Below are positions 37,801 to 51,143 of a stretch of DNA of 64,000 bases, one piece after another. Position 1 is the first letter of the stretch; each line of letters begins with the position of its first letter. Both the position numbers and the translations under genes were made by a program. Source of the stretch: Octopus vulgaris (Eukaryota); assembly GCA_951406725.2 (NCBI GenBank), contig OX597828.1:58404001-58468000 (forward strand), given 5' to 3'. The notes under the pieces are model-generated. The model saw only the letters and a list, made by a program, of their open reading frames with translations. It did not search any database and was not told where the DNA came from.

Positions 37801-38395
37801 TTATAACCATGGCTACAGTAGCAGTATTATAGACTCTTGGTAATTTTACTGTAACCATGGCTACAGTCGCATTATTAAAAACTCTTGGTAATTTTACTGT
37901 AACCATGGCTACAGTCGCATTATTAAAGACTCTTGGTAATTTTACTGTAACCATGGTTACAGCAGCATTATTATAGACTGTTGGTAATTTTACTGTAACC
38001 ATGGCTACAGTCGCATTATTAAAGACTCATGGTAATTTTACTGTAACCATGGCTACAGTCGCATTATTAAAGACTCATGGTAATTTTACTGTAACCATGG
38101 CTACAGTCGCATTATTAAAGACTCATGGTAATTTTACTGTAACCATGGCTACAGTCGCATTATTAAAGACTCTTGGTAATTTTACTGTAACCAATGTTAC
38201 AGTAGCATTTAGATTATTAGTTTTCTGTTGTAACTATGGTTACAGAAGCGCTATTACAGATGATAGGTAATCTGTTGTAACCATGGCTACAGGAGTGATA
38301 TTGGTCTCTTGTTACTATGACTATGGTAGCAATATTATATAGACTGTCTGTTGTAACCATGACTACAATAGCAATACCACAGACTGTTGGTAGAC
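37801..38395. repeat. 48-bp minisatellite, ~8 conserved + ~4 degenerate units
   Basis: Unit CTGTAACCATGGCTACAGTCGCATTATTAAAGACTC(A/T)TGGTAATTTTA; explains the 16-aa periodic ORFs on both strands. Confidence 0.95.
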
Positions 38396-41300
38396 TTATA
38401 CATAATTACAACAACAACAAAAATTAAAAAGTAGCACACTTTTATTCCCACTAATTTTCTCTCTCTCTTTTTCCCTTCTCTCTCTCTCTCTCTCTCTCTT
38501 TTTCCCTTCTCTCTCTCTCTCTCTCTCTTTTTCCCTTCTCTCTTCTCATTATCAATTCTTTAGTAGTTGTTTTCTCAAGTTTATGCGTTTACTGTCAGAC
38601 AATTGTTAAGTTGATCAGCAGGATTTCTTTTCTGCTTTATTATCAAGTTCTGTTAATTGGTTCGTTAATAATAAAAGTAATCTTACAGGAGTCACCATTG
38701 TCAAAAGAAAAAAAAACCAATCCTTTCTCTGAGCGCCATCTGTAGTTAATTTAGTTTGGTTTCTTGAAAACCTTGTTTTGTGGGGTTTAAAGCCCCTTGC
38801 TGATTGTTGTTGGTTTCGTTGTTAACGTTGGTGAAAACTGTATCCATAAATGTCTTCTTGAAACTATATTTAGCTTTGAATTTTGTTTTAAAAATATTCA
38901 GTTGATTGTCTTGAGCTTTGAAATTAACTTGATATTATGTATATGGACGTGTGTGTGTGTGTGTGTGAATTAAAATTAATATTTGGCAGTGAAGCTTTTG
39001 CTTATGAGATAAGCATTATTATAGTCATCAGAAAATAGCATTCAAACACCAACTGATTTCTTTATGTCACGTCATATGAATAATGTTTTGTGTCTGCCAA
39101 TGCATATAACTTCCTTTTATCACACACATGGCCACAATTACTGCCCCTCTCTTTCCCTCTCCCATCCAACCACTCACACACTAATCTATGTTGGATTGTT
39201 TTACAGGTTTGTATGTCAGTAAGTCCTTGAAAACTTTTTCTTTTATCAAATGGAAATTACTCACATAAAATCCGTATTTTCTGATTAGTTTTTGTCACTC
39301 ATACCAAAATACCGGTCTCCAAGAATTTCTTTTTCTTTTCCCAAACTTGCTACTTCCCACACTTTTTGCTTAATGTTAAAGGGTTGACAGTCCTTTTTTT
39401 CTTTTATGCTTTTTGGTGTCCATGTCTGTAAGATTACAAATATTACATTGTCACTAAACGTACACTTTTGGCAATCATTCATATAATACATATATCGTAC
39501 ATTTCCAGTCTGGTGCAGAGAAAATGGAATTAGCATTGAATAAAATATAATCATGTAAAATTACATTTAACATTCGTTAATGCATTTGAACATAAAATCT
39601 TCTACTGTGGAAAACTCTCCTTCTAAAAATAGAGTATTTTCTTCTGGGTCTATTTAAGCAGCAACAGGTCTTCTCACATTCAAATGCATTTGGACATGTT
39701 AAATATGATTTTGCATGAATATATTGTGATTTCAATTTACAGAGAAGGGAATAATCATAAATAAATGTTAATTATTTATTTTGTGTCTGGGGAGTCATAT
39801 TGTATTAATGCTTTATTATCACTTACAATTTTAACAATTTATGAATGAAAAAACTTTTTTACTCATATGTTTAAAAATGAAAATATTAACTAAGTTACTG
39901 TACTAATGAATATTATTAATAACACCATGAAAATGAACAGAACTTAATTTAAGAAGATGGGGGGAAATATTTCAATTTTTAATATTTGAGGCAATATTCT
40001 GTATAATGTAAGACTTTCACTTGATATATTATTCTATTTATTATTAACTACTTGATTGTGCCGTCCTAAGATTTCTTGCGATGGCTAAATGAAGAAAGCT
40101 AATCAGAGATGCAATAATTAATCTGCATAAGTTGAGATAGACTCTTTGAGCCATAACTGCATAAGGTGGATGCCCAATAAACACTGCTCACTATGATGTG
40201 GGCCTTTTCATTAAAACTGGTTACTATTTTTTTCAGTCTATGAAAATTTACTGAAAGGATGGTTTTTACATTTACAGTTTGTCAGTGTAGAATAAGAAAA
40301 TGACGGCTGTTGACATTTTCATTGAAAATGTCAACAGAAATACTGCATGTAGATTGGTATTACTAACGTCAACAATTAACTGAAGCAGTTTGAGTTTGTG
40401 GGACAGGTGCATAAAAAAAAGTAAAAAGCATACAGTTCTCTGCAAAGCAGACATGGCTCTGTGGTAAGAGGTCTCTTTCCCAACCTTATGGTTCTTGGTT
40501 CAGTCCCACTCTGTGACAACCTGAACAAATGTCTTCTATTATAGCCTCGGGCTGACTAAAAAATTTGAGTGAATTTGGTTGGCAGAACCTGAAAGAAGCC
40601 TGTTGAAAGTGAACCAAAAAATGGTTATGACAGCAGTAAGTTTTTAGGAAACCAACTCCACAACCTAGTTTCAATTCTTGATAAATTTCTATTCACTGAA
40701 GTTATTAATGCTCCTGATAGAGGCATCCACACACATCGTTACTTTCTCTTATCTTCTATCTATAATAATAAATGCGAAATTCTGTCTGTCCGGGGCCCCT
40801 CTGTCTCAATCTACATTTGCGCTACATAGACATATCATACAAGTAATGCCATATTGGTACGGTATCAATAAATGTTTCATTATTGCTCTCTGTAGCTTTG
40901 GATCCAGGCCCAATTAGCCCTCTGTAGGAGTTAGCTTAAAAGTCTGCATAGAGTGCAATTTTTAAGCTAGTTCCCTATAAAACTAAAAAGTTGAATGTGA
41001 AAGGACTCTACTAGTATTAAGTGAATTTTAGACTGATATCTAAATGATCCTAAATAGCCTGATATTTCCTTAGAGGTGGGTGATTATCATAACTTTCTGA
41101 CAAACTACAAGACATTTGTTGAAGTAGTTAAGAACAACTGACTGGCCGTTTCAGTCAAGGCAGAAAAATCAATTACAACTTAATTACTTTTATTGACAGG
41201 TAGCTTTAATTAAATTAGAAAATTCGTCTTTCAATCATTAAAGAATGTTTGTATTAGTTATATTGAAGATATTTTTCTATACCTTTTTATTTATTTTTTT

Positions 41301-42741
41301 TTTCTGTTCATTTTTGATAAAATCTGACATGAAGTTATTGAAATGGATTTGATTTGTTTTAATAAAACACTGTTTCTTTTTTTAATAATAAACACTAACT
41401 GTGGTGGTCTTTTTCTAAGTACCACAAGATGAGCGTCATTAAAGCATATGATACAGTTAGGTATCATAAAGCTTTTGAGCTCTTCCACCTCACAAATTGC
41501 TACAAAATCTTCTGGGCTTTTGTTAAGGTCTTTTACTGACACTGGAGAAGCTATTCTTCCACCCTTTAACTAAGACCAGTCTCAAAGTAGCATCCCTGCT
41601 GGATCATATTTGCTGCTCACTTTGCTTTCAATTCACAAATTTCTCTTCCACCTACACATTACCAGTTCATCATGGTAGTCTCTGCAGGGTTGTTGATCTG
41701 CTAGATATTGCGACCAAATCTCTCAAATCACACTTTATTTTGAAAAGGAAATGTTATTTTTTTATGTAGTCATAGGCATGCAAACAGTTGGAGTGGCTTT
41801 GATCAAACCTACTTGACCAGAGTAGATATATTAGGCTAAATAGTCCTTCCTTTAATCACTCCAACACAGCAAGCAATGGTATCTTTTACATCACCCCCAA
41901 ACAGTGTGCTCCACAGCTAGTTTCTACTTCCTACATATATTTTAGTGTTTATTGTTCCTGCACATCTGTCACACACAAGATCTGGAATTTCTTTTCTAAC
42001 TCTACTACAGATTCAGCTGCGAGAGTGAGATCATCACTACACAGCAGTTCCAAGGTAATCCTTCTCAGTTGCGGCCTAGAAGACTCAGGATACTGAGTCC
42101 TGGCACACCCCTACTTGCATTTCAAAATTGTTGCTCTACTCAATCCTTTTCATCTTAATGACAACACCTCTGTACATGCCTTGTGCGGTTCATGCAAATT
42201 CCTCACTGCCTACTATATCATAGTCAGGAACCAACTATGTTGTTTTGGGTCGAGTCCCCCCTGTGAAACACTTTGGGCGAGTGTCTTCTATACAACCGAA
42301 GCTTTGTAAGTGGGTTTGGTAGGCAGAAACTGAAAGAGGTCCCTCGTTTGTGTGTATATCATCATCATATAATGCCTGTTTTCCATGCTGGCATGGGTTG
42401 GATGGTTTGACAGGAGCTGGCAAGCCGGAGAGCTACACCAGGCTCTAGTTGTCTGTTCTTGCATGGGTTCTACAGCTGGATGCCCTTCCTAATGCCAACC
42501 ACTTTAGAGTGGATGCTTTTTATGTGACACCAGCACGAATGCTTTATATGTGGCACCGGCACAGGTGCTTTCTGTGTGGCACCAGGACCCATGAGTCTGT
42601 ATGACTAGGACCTCTCAACTGAGAGGGGGGGTGGAACTGAGAGATTAGAGTTTGATAGAGGGACAGAGATAGCTACCTCAGTAGGACAAGGAAGGACAGG
42701 AAGGTGGGAGAGAGTAAGCGAGAAAGATAGACAGACTGTTG

Positions 42742-42782
<41 letters not shown>

Positions 42783-43156
42783 CCTACCCACAAAGAACAG
42801 TGGTGGTGGTAGTATAAGTAGTGCAGAAGGGATAAAGGAGTTTGTTCCATAGGAGTGTGAGGGGGAGGTGTTTAGAGACAGCAAAAGTGATGGTGAGAGG
42901 GGAGGGGGTATGGTAGGTATGTGAGGGCAGGGAGATTGTGCGGATAGGCACATGAGGGAGGGTGGATACCCGCCCCCACAGTGAGTGGGGTGGGGTGGGG
43001 GAAATAGAGGACAGAATTCTGTGTGTGTTAAGAGGGCCATGGCTTCCAAGAACCTGCCTGTCTGTATGGGTGGCAACAGTTTTATTAAGCTTGACAAAAG
43101 CACTTCTCAAGTTTTGGTTTCTTCATATGAAATATTATAGAAAAAACAGAAAGATA

Positions 43157-43355
43157 CTCTTTTACTTGTTTCAGTCTTTTGACTGTGGCCATGCTGGAGC
43201 ACCGCCTTTAGTCGAGCAAATCGACCCCACGACTTATTCTTTGTAAGCCTAGTATTCTATCAGTCTCTTTTGCCAAACTGCTAAGTTACGGGGACGTAAA
43301 CCCACCAGCATCGGTTGTCAAGTGATGTTGGGAGAACAAACACAGACACAAATAT

Positions 43356-43386
<31 letters not shown>

Positions 43387-43463
43387 CATATATATGATGG
43401 GCTTCTTTCAGTTTCCGTCTACCAAATCCACAAGCAAGCTACTTACCGCACAGCCACTCCTGT
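43157..43463 (-). mobile_element. SINE family A, internally deleted
   Basis: Reverse copy lacking part of the head and body. Confidence 0.85.
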
Positions 43464-43883
43464 GCCTAAGGATGGAAACTTTTTTTTATCACACATATTT
43501 CATTTTCTAATAGGAATTATTAAGATTTATATGTTATGTTGACATATAAGGAATTTCCTGTCAGAAAATTACGGAGAAAACCTAATTCTACATTTCAGTG
43601 TGTGTTTTGATTAACACACAACACTAATTATGGTTATATATTGATTGTGATAATGAAATAACCAGATGTGCTTCTAGAGGAAACAGCTGGGGTTTACACT
43701 AACTGCTTATATATATATATATATATATATATATACCGTCTGCCTATGTGGAATATGTGAAGTTATTTGGCCTCATGGTTAGGGTATTGCACTCACAATT
43801 GCAAGAACATGGTTTAGATTCCCAGACCGGTAGTACATTGTATTCTGAAGCAAAACACATCATTTCACGTTGCTCTAGTTGAC

Positions 43884-44106
43884 GAGCTGGCAGAAACGTT
43901 AGCACGCCGGGCGAAATGCTTAGCGGTATTTCGTCTGCCGCTATGTTCTGAGTTCAAATTCCGCCGAGGTCGACTTTGCCTTTCATCCTTTCGGGGTCGA
44001 TAAATTAAGTACCAGTTACGCACTGGGGTCGATATAATCGACTTAATCCGTTTGTCTGTCCTTGTTTGTCCTCTCTGTGTTTAGCCCCTTGTGGGTAGTA
44101 AAGAGA
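43884..44106 (+). mobile_element. SINE family B nested in SINE family C
   Basis: 8-bp TSD TAGTTGAC at 43876-43883 and 44107-44114. Confidence 0.9.
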
Positions 44107-45000
44107 TAGTTGACTCAGCTGTACATTGGTAATCATTGGGGATGTTGGCCCGCCTGACTTGCCAGCGAGAAGGTATTTGAAAGGTACAACGATGGGAAGA
44201 AGTGCATTGTGACCAGTGTTGTATAACCACATTCGAAAGTCTGGTTGATACAATGAGGTGCAAATATGATAGATAGCTTTGATCGAGTTCTTTGTCAGTT
44301 AACATTTTCCAAAAAATCTGGTTCTCCTTTTAAACTAGTCAGTTGTTAATAAAGCTTTTTGCCTCTCCTGCCTATCTTTTTGCTTCATAAGTCTTATCCT
44401 TTCCTGCCCCTCTCGTTTCCTTGTGTCTTTCTTTTCTTCTTTCTCTTTCTTGTCTCAGCTTCTGCCTCTCTCTCTCTCTCTCTCTCTCATTCCATGGTTA
44501 GATCATTTTTTTCTCTCGTTATCAGAACTGAAAAATACAGACGTAAATATTTTTGACGGCCGCAACTATGTATGCGCGCGCGTGCGTGACTGTGCATGTA
44601 TATATTACATCCATTAAAAAAAAACCATTTCCTCATTTCAATAGATTAGGCATAGTTTGTGTGAGGGGCAGGTTAAGAATGTCGGCTGTTGTTGGTCATT
44701 ATCTGAACCTCGTTATCAATGGCGTGAGCTTAATTTTTTAATTATCTATCATGTGGATTGGTTGAATAGTTTGAACGTCGGACGAAATACCGGCTTTTTA
44801 CGTTCTGAGTTCAAGTCACGCCAAGATCAACATTTTTTTTCATCATCCATTCTGGATCGGCGATAAAATAGAACGAGTACCAGGTTTGGTACTTGAGGTT
44901 TGGTTTCACTGACTTCTCAGTCTCACCTCATTCCTAAAATAAAACTTAGAGCATTTACTGGGAGGTAGCGCTAAGCAATGATGTACATAAAAAAAAAAAA

Positions 45001-45392
45001 CGTGGCTGTGTGGTAAGTAGCTTGCTAACCAACCACATGGTTGTGGGTTCAGTCCCACTGCGTGGCATCCTGGGCAAGTGTCTTCTGCTATAGCCCCGGG
45101 CCGACCAAAGCCTTGTGAGTGGATTTGGTAGACGGAAACTGAAAGAAGCCTGTCGTATATATATATGTGTGTGTGTTTGTGTGTCTGTGTTTGTCCCCCT
45201 AGCATTGCTTGACAACCGATGCTGGTGTGTCTACGTCCCCGCCACTTAGCGGTTCGGCAAAAGACACCGATAGAATAAGTACTGGGCTTACAAAGAATAA
45301 GTTCCGGGGTCGATTTTCTCGACTAAAGGCGGTGCTCCAGCATGGCCGCAGTCAAATGACTGAAACAAGTAAAAGAGTAAAGAGTAAAGAGA
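45001..45392 (+). mobile_element. SINE family A, CpG-intact copy
   Basis: Full body and (AAAGAGT)-like tail. Confidence 0.9.
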
Positions 45393-46088
45393 GAGTTCCT
45401 ACATACTTGGAGCATAGTCGAACCCGTAAGAAAGCAATTAACTGTGGTTTCTCCATCACAAAACAATGACTGGCTGTTTTACGGGTTCGAATATCCCCCC
45501 AGGCATCTTTGAATTGGTAATATCACGGTATTTGTTTGGCTCTGTGTTCTGAGTTCAAATATTTCCGGGGTCAACTTTGCTTTTCATCTTTTCAGATATC
45601 GATAAAATATCGGGGCCGATTTAATCTACTGCTCCTCTTCCCCCAAATTTTTGGTTTTGTGCCTCTGTTTAAAAAAGGGGGTGGTGGTTTCGTGGAATAA
45701 CTAATGTCGGTCAAAATACCTCCAAGTATTTCATTAAGATCCCTTTTACGTTCTAAGTTCAAGTCTCGCCGAAATCAACTTTGCCTTTCATCCTTTTGAA
45801 GCTGATAAATAAATATAAATACCAGGGTAGATTTAATTGACTAACCCCAATCCCTTCCTCACACTATTCTGATCTTGTACCTATACATAGAAACAATTGT
45901 TATTATTTAAATTCCAATCTGTTCAGAAATTCAGCCATTGATTTATTATTTCCTCTTTTGAATAAACATTCCTTTTGCCCCAGTTAAAACCTGTCCCTTT
46001 CTGTATTTCTGCAGCTCCTTCTCTTTTCCTGAGTTAATTGTTTTTGTTATTACCTGGCGTTTTGAAAACACCATTACGTTCTCTCTGT

Positions 46089-46120
<32 letters not shown>

Positions 46121-48968
46121 CGTTCACGCACTCCCTCTCTTCCTCAAACACACTCTCTCTCATACACACTCTCTGTCTCTCTCTCTCTCTCTCTCATACG
46201 AGCACTAACTCGCCCTCCCTCCCTCCCACTTCATCCACAGTTTTTCTATTCGAAAAACTTTTTTTTATTAAGGAGTGTTTTTAGTTTTAGTTCTGCGGTT
46301 ACTGATCCTTCGTTGAATGTCTCTTCTATGCTTTTGTTTCTTTCTAAATAGATTCTAATACATGGAAACCATGTGCCACGATTCTTTTTGCTGGTAGGAA
46401 CTTACAAATCTTAGATTTATTATTGGATTTAATAATTGCACTCTGGTGTTTTGTTGATTTCAAATATTTTTCTTTCGGTTTTTTTTTTTTTGTCTTTTAT
46501 TTCATTTTTCCTGTTACCTTTATTTAATTATTTACTCTGTATGTTAGCTAGTTCGTCCAAATTTCGTTAAATATTTCCTGTCTTTTGATTGCTGTGTATA
46601 TTAGTCTAAAAATAGTCTTATTTTAATTAACTTTTTAGTCTCTTAGCTGCACTTGGTTTGCGAATTAGTTTGCAGTTAATTTATTTATTTCATTACTTTG
46701 ATATTTTTTTTTTTCCCCTTTAACTTTATAACTTCTTGTAACATTATTTTGCTTGAAGAAATATATAAATTCTATGTTAAACATATATTAACAGCTATAA
46801 GCTGTTTTTCTTCTTAACATGCCCTACATTTCTGAATTGTGTCATTAAAAGGATACGTCTTTCCGCAGTCTTCATGTTTCATTATTTATTATATTTTTCT
46901 CTTCTAAACTTAAACATGCCTCGTTTTTCCTTTCAATTGATCCTGATTAATCTATTTACCCACCTTTTTTTGTGTGGGTCCATTGCAGCTCTTCATATGA
47001 TTCCTCTTAGTATTACAAACATCTTTTAAACTTCGCGAAACTGAACCTAGAATATCTTAATTCCTGGTTAACTTTATCCTGTTTCCTCATCGTTGTTGTT
47101 GTTTTTTTCCTTTCTTTCTTTCTTTCTTTCTTTTATGTTCCCTGAGTTTAAATCCCGGCGAGGTTCCTTACTTTGCTTTTCACCTTTTCGGGGTCGATAA
47201 AATAAAATACTGGAGTCAATAAAAACGACCGTACTCTCTTCCAAATGTCTTACTTTATGCGTATGGTAGTGACAATTATTCTTATTAAAACCATTATTAC
47301 GATCGCTATCCTTCATACACGCACAAGCACCCACCTACATTGTTCAGCAAGCGAAAACAATGCGTCATTTAAAAATGTCTGCTATTGTTCCTTAATTAAG
47401 AAGTCATTGTTTTAAATTCATTAACCACTTGAGTGTGTATTGACTCCCTTCCCTGCTTGCGTCAAAATTACTTGTGGTCACAGCGACCCCTTTTGTAGTA
47501 CATAAGCTCTTGCAGTATTTCCCTTTAGTTAAACAGCTGCTGATTGTTTCTCGCTGCTAATTTTTGTCTTTGTGTGTGTGTGTTTATTATTGTTGACTTC
47601 GTTGGTCAAATTTGAGCTCTGTTTAAAGAAAAAGAAACGGGTTCCCCTCACTTCCACACTCACAAGACACAAGAAGCTGTTTCTGCTCTTAGGAAACCGT
47701 TTACCATTGTTAATTGACCGAATGATTCACGTAATTCGTTTTTGCTGTATTCAGTTTTATTTCCTGTTTTAAATGAATTAAAACAAAAAAAAATTGTTGT
47801 TTATTTAAATAACCATTTTGTGTTCTATAAAATGTAAGTAAAAATGTAAAAATTAAGTGTATTGTTTGGAGATTTTGATGATAACGGATACTTTTTATTA
47901 TACCTCATTAGCTTTAAAAGATAAACTTTTTGAAAGAAGGGATATTTATTTGGTTTCTTAAGGTTTGAATATTTAAATGAAATAGAACATAAAAAGCATT
48001 TATGAAAATCATATTGTATTGAATTCTTCTCGAGTTTATGTTTGTCTCTTAATTAGGAAAGTTATACAAAACTGACTTTTTATTAGATACATAATCGTGA
48101 ATAATTTTCATTTTACATATGTATGTAAAGCTACTTTATACTGTGTTGCATTCTTTTAATCGGTACTGTTGACTAAAGAATGTAAGGTTTCCTGAAACCT
48201 GACCGAAATTAACTGTAGAACTCCAAACAAGCACAGCTGCTATCAGGAACTGTTCTGATATTTTATATGATGGTACAGTGTGAAGAACTTTTGATTTTTA
48301 ACAAACCTATGGTGCTTCCATTGTAACTCAGAACAGAAGGAATTAGAAATAAAGTTTCATAATTTATAGTCCACCTTCTTCTTCTAAGGCAATACATTTG
48401 TGGACTTCAGTTGGTATCTTTGCTTGTTCGACTTGTTTTAATTGTTATTTTACAGGTGGATAAATTGTCATTACTTAATGTTTGTTTTTTGTTTAATTTA
48501 ACATCTATTTACTTTGTTGTGTCTGGGGAGAGTCACAGTGCCTTAATATCGAACACACTCACTGGTTCAATTTCCACTCTTTTTTTTTTTGTCTTCCAAA
48601 ATATTTGTTGTTTTTGCAACCTTGTCAATGGATGTCAACTCTGTCCATTATTGTTTTGCTTTGTTTGACTAAAATCAAAATCTAATCTCAATTTATAATT
48701 TTTCTTGTCTATTTACCTCCTTCTTTCATGATTTTGGAAGGTTTAAGATTTTAATGAATTGAAGTTAAATAATGTGAATTGTTCAAAATTAATGAATAGT
48801 CAGTATCCTTCTCTATTTCTGGGGCTGGATTCCATGCAATCTTTTGTTATTTGAAGATATATTATTCCTTCAAAGATGCAAGAGGAAAACAAAATATATT
48901 CTTTCCAAAATAATTTAAGAGGTATTATTGTTTTGTCCAGTTTATAATTATTTTTTTCTTTCTTTTAG

Positions 48969-49039
48969 AACACATTTAATAAGAATGCTTTGAGTGGACC
49001 TTTTACCTTACATGATCATCATCAACATTCACAGTCCTT
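48969..49039 (+). CDS. OSBPL11: Exon 10 (NTFNKNALSGPFTLHDHHQHSQSL)
   Basis: ttttag acceptor, gtaagt donor; phase 0-2 exactly bridges exon 9 and exon 11. No homology support. Confidence 0.75.
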
Positions 49040-49354
49040 GTAAGTATCTATTCAAACTGATGTCATTCATAAAGAACTTAACACTTGTGTCTGTTATTGG
49101 GTTACAATCTCTCTATCTGTGACAACATCATTGGTCAAATTGATAACGCATCACTCTGCTTATGGTTGTTGCACTCTCAAATGGATCAGCGCACCTAGAT
49201 ACACCTGTGCCTATTTGCATTTTTGTGGTTAAGAAGTTTGCTTCCCAACCACATGGTTTTGAGTTCAGTCCCATTGCAGGACACCTTAAGCAAGTGGCTA
49301 ACCAAAGCTTTGTGGGTGAATTTAGTTGACAGAAGCTGAAAGAAACTTGTCCTA

Positions 49355-49410
<56 letters not shown>

Positions 49411-49411
<1 letters not shown>

Positions 49412-49641
49412 GTGGCCAGCTGGCAGAAATGTTAGCGCGCCGGGCGAAATGCTTAGCGGTATTTCGTCTGTTGTTGCGTTCTGAGTTCAAATTCCTCCGA
49501 GGTCAACTTTGCCTTTCATCCTTTCGGGGTTGATAAATAAAGTACTAGTTTCGCACTGGGGTCGATGTAATCGACTTAATCCCTTTGTCTATCCTTGTTT
49601 GTCTCCTCTATGTTTAGCCCCTTGTGGATAGTAAAGAAATA
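49411..49641 (+). mobile_element. SINE family B inserted in a (TA)n tract
   Basis: Matches 13134-13365. Confidence 0.9.
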
Positions 49642-50060
49642 TATAAAAACGTGTGTGCTGACATCTTGTGACAGTTGTATCAGCATTATACAAGCTGTAT
49701 CATTCATTTCCAGTCTTCTCTGAAAACATGTCCAACCTAGAGAAAATATTATCCTGCTTAGACACAAGTAAGGATTTGTGACTGAAAGGGTATTTGGGTG
49801 TATAAAAAAATTTGTTTCCATAATTTCCATCTGACCCAAACAAGCATGAAAAAGTGGTCGTTATTGAAACAGCAAGGATCATGATGGTATACTACAGCAT
49901 AAGAACTAACAGATGGAGAAACACCATATGAAAAAGAAAAAAACAATGTTTTGTTAGCTAACCTGCTGAGTTCAAGTCTTTGAGTGTGTTATAGATGAGT
50001 GGGTTCTGACCAAGATACATTTCACAATGACAGACTAAACCAGTGACCTTACATATTAAC

Positions 50061-50590
50061 CAGTGGTTCTCCCCATGGGGGTTCATATAAGATTTTGTTA
50101 ACATTTATTTGCAATAACTTACTTATACTTCTACAATGCACAAAATATTTTGTGTTTTTTGTACAATTCCTAATATCTAATTATAAAAATTCAAATGGAA
50201 ATTGTAGTTAAGACACCTGTGCCGGTGACACGTAAAAAGCAGCGTCCGAACGTGGCAGATGCCAGCGCTGCCTGACTGGCATCCGTGTCGGTGACACGTA
50301 AAAGCACCAACCGATCATGGCCGTTTGCCAGCCTGCTCTGGCCCCTGTGCCGGTGGCATGTAAAAAGCACCCACTACTCTCACGAAGTGGTTGGCGTTAG
50401 GAAGGGCATACAGCTGTAGAAACCCTGCCAGATCAGACTGGAGCCTGGTGCAGCCTTCATGGCTTTCCAGACCCTGGTCAAACCGTCCAACCCATGCTAG
50501 CATGGGAAACGGACATTAAATGATAATGATGACAGTAAGATATATAGGACTCAAAGGGGTCCATAGGCATAAAATGGTTAAAAACCAGTT
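50061..50590. mobile_element. hAT/Charlie-like MITE split by an RTE 3'UTR insertion (50212-50533)
   Basis: CAGTGGTTCTC... and ...GGTTAAAAACCAGT ends; related left end at ~57866 (CAATGGTTCTCAACC...GTCCATATAAGATTTTG). No clear 8-bp TSD. Confidence 0.5.
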
Positions 50591-51143
50591 CTAAACCATT
50601 ATCAAACAAATATCTTATCTATTACCTATTTATCTGTCCCACTTCCTTAAAGTGGTTGATGAGTTACTGAATAAAATGACTTCATCATGAAAGTAACAGC
50701 TGTGATCGATAATTCTTTTTTAGAAAAATAAAACAGTTCCTATTTTTCATTCATTGTTTGTATGACAAACACAAAATTCAAGAAATGTGAAAGTAAACTA
50801 AACCTAAATCAATTTAGACGCATCTGTGCACAAATATTTATTTCTACTGCTTATTCGAAATTCAATAGCATTTGTAAACCAGCGACTGCCACATGCATTT
50901 TCTCTCCTGGAATTACTATTTGGAATTGATATTCACATGAATAAATTATTGAAAAGATAAGTTTTTAAAGTAGGAGAGAGATTTTTTACTGGGGGGTTTT
51001 TTTCTTTCTTTTTCAAAATTTGATTAAATTTTCATTAGTTTTACTCTGTATTTTGAAACTGCTTCTCCTACCAGGAATTTATTTCAACTGGTTTTGTTAG
51101 TCACCGTTTAATAACTAAATCAAATCTCAGAGCTTATATATAT

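Noticed and set aside
37801-38395. CRISPR-like array (palindromic repeats at regular spacing) and repetitive ORFs
   Set aside because: The intervening sequences are near-identical rather than unique spacers, there are no cas genes, and the context is a eukaryotic intron. The ORFs result from a 48-bp stop-free unit.
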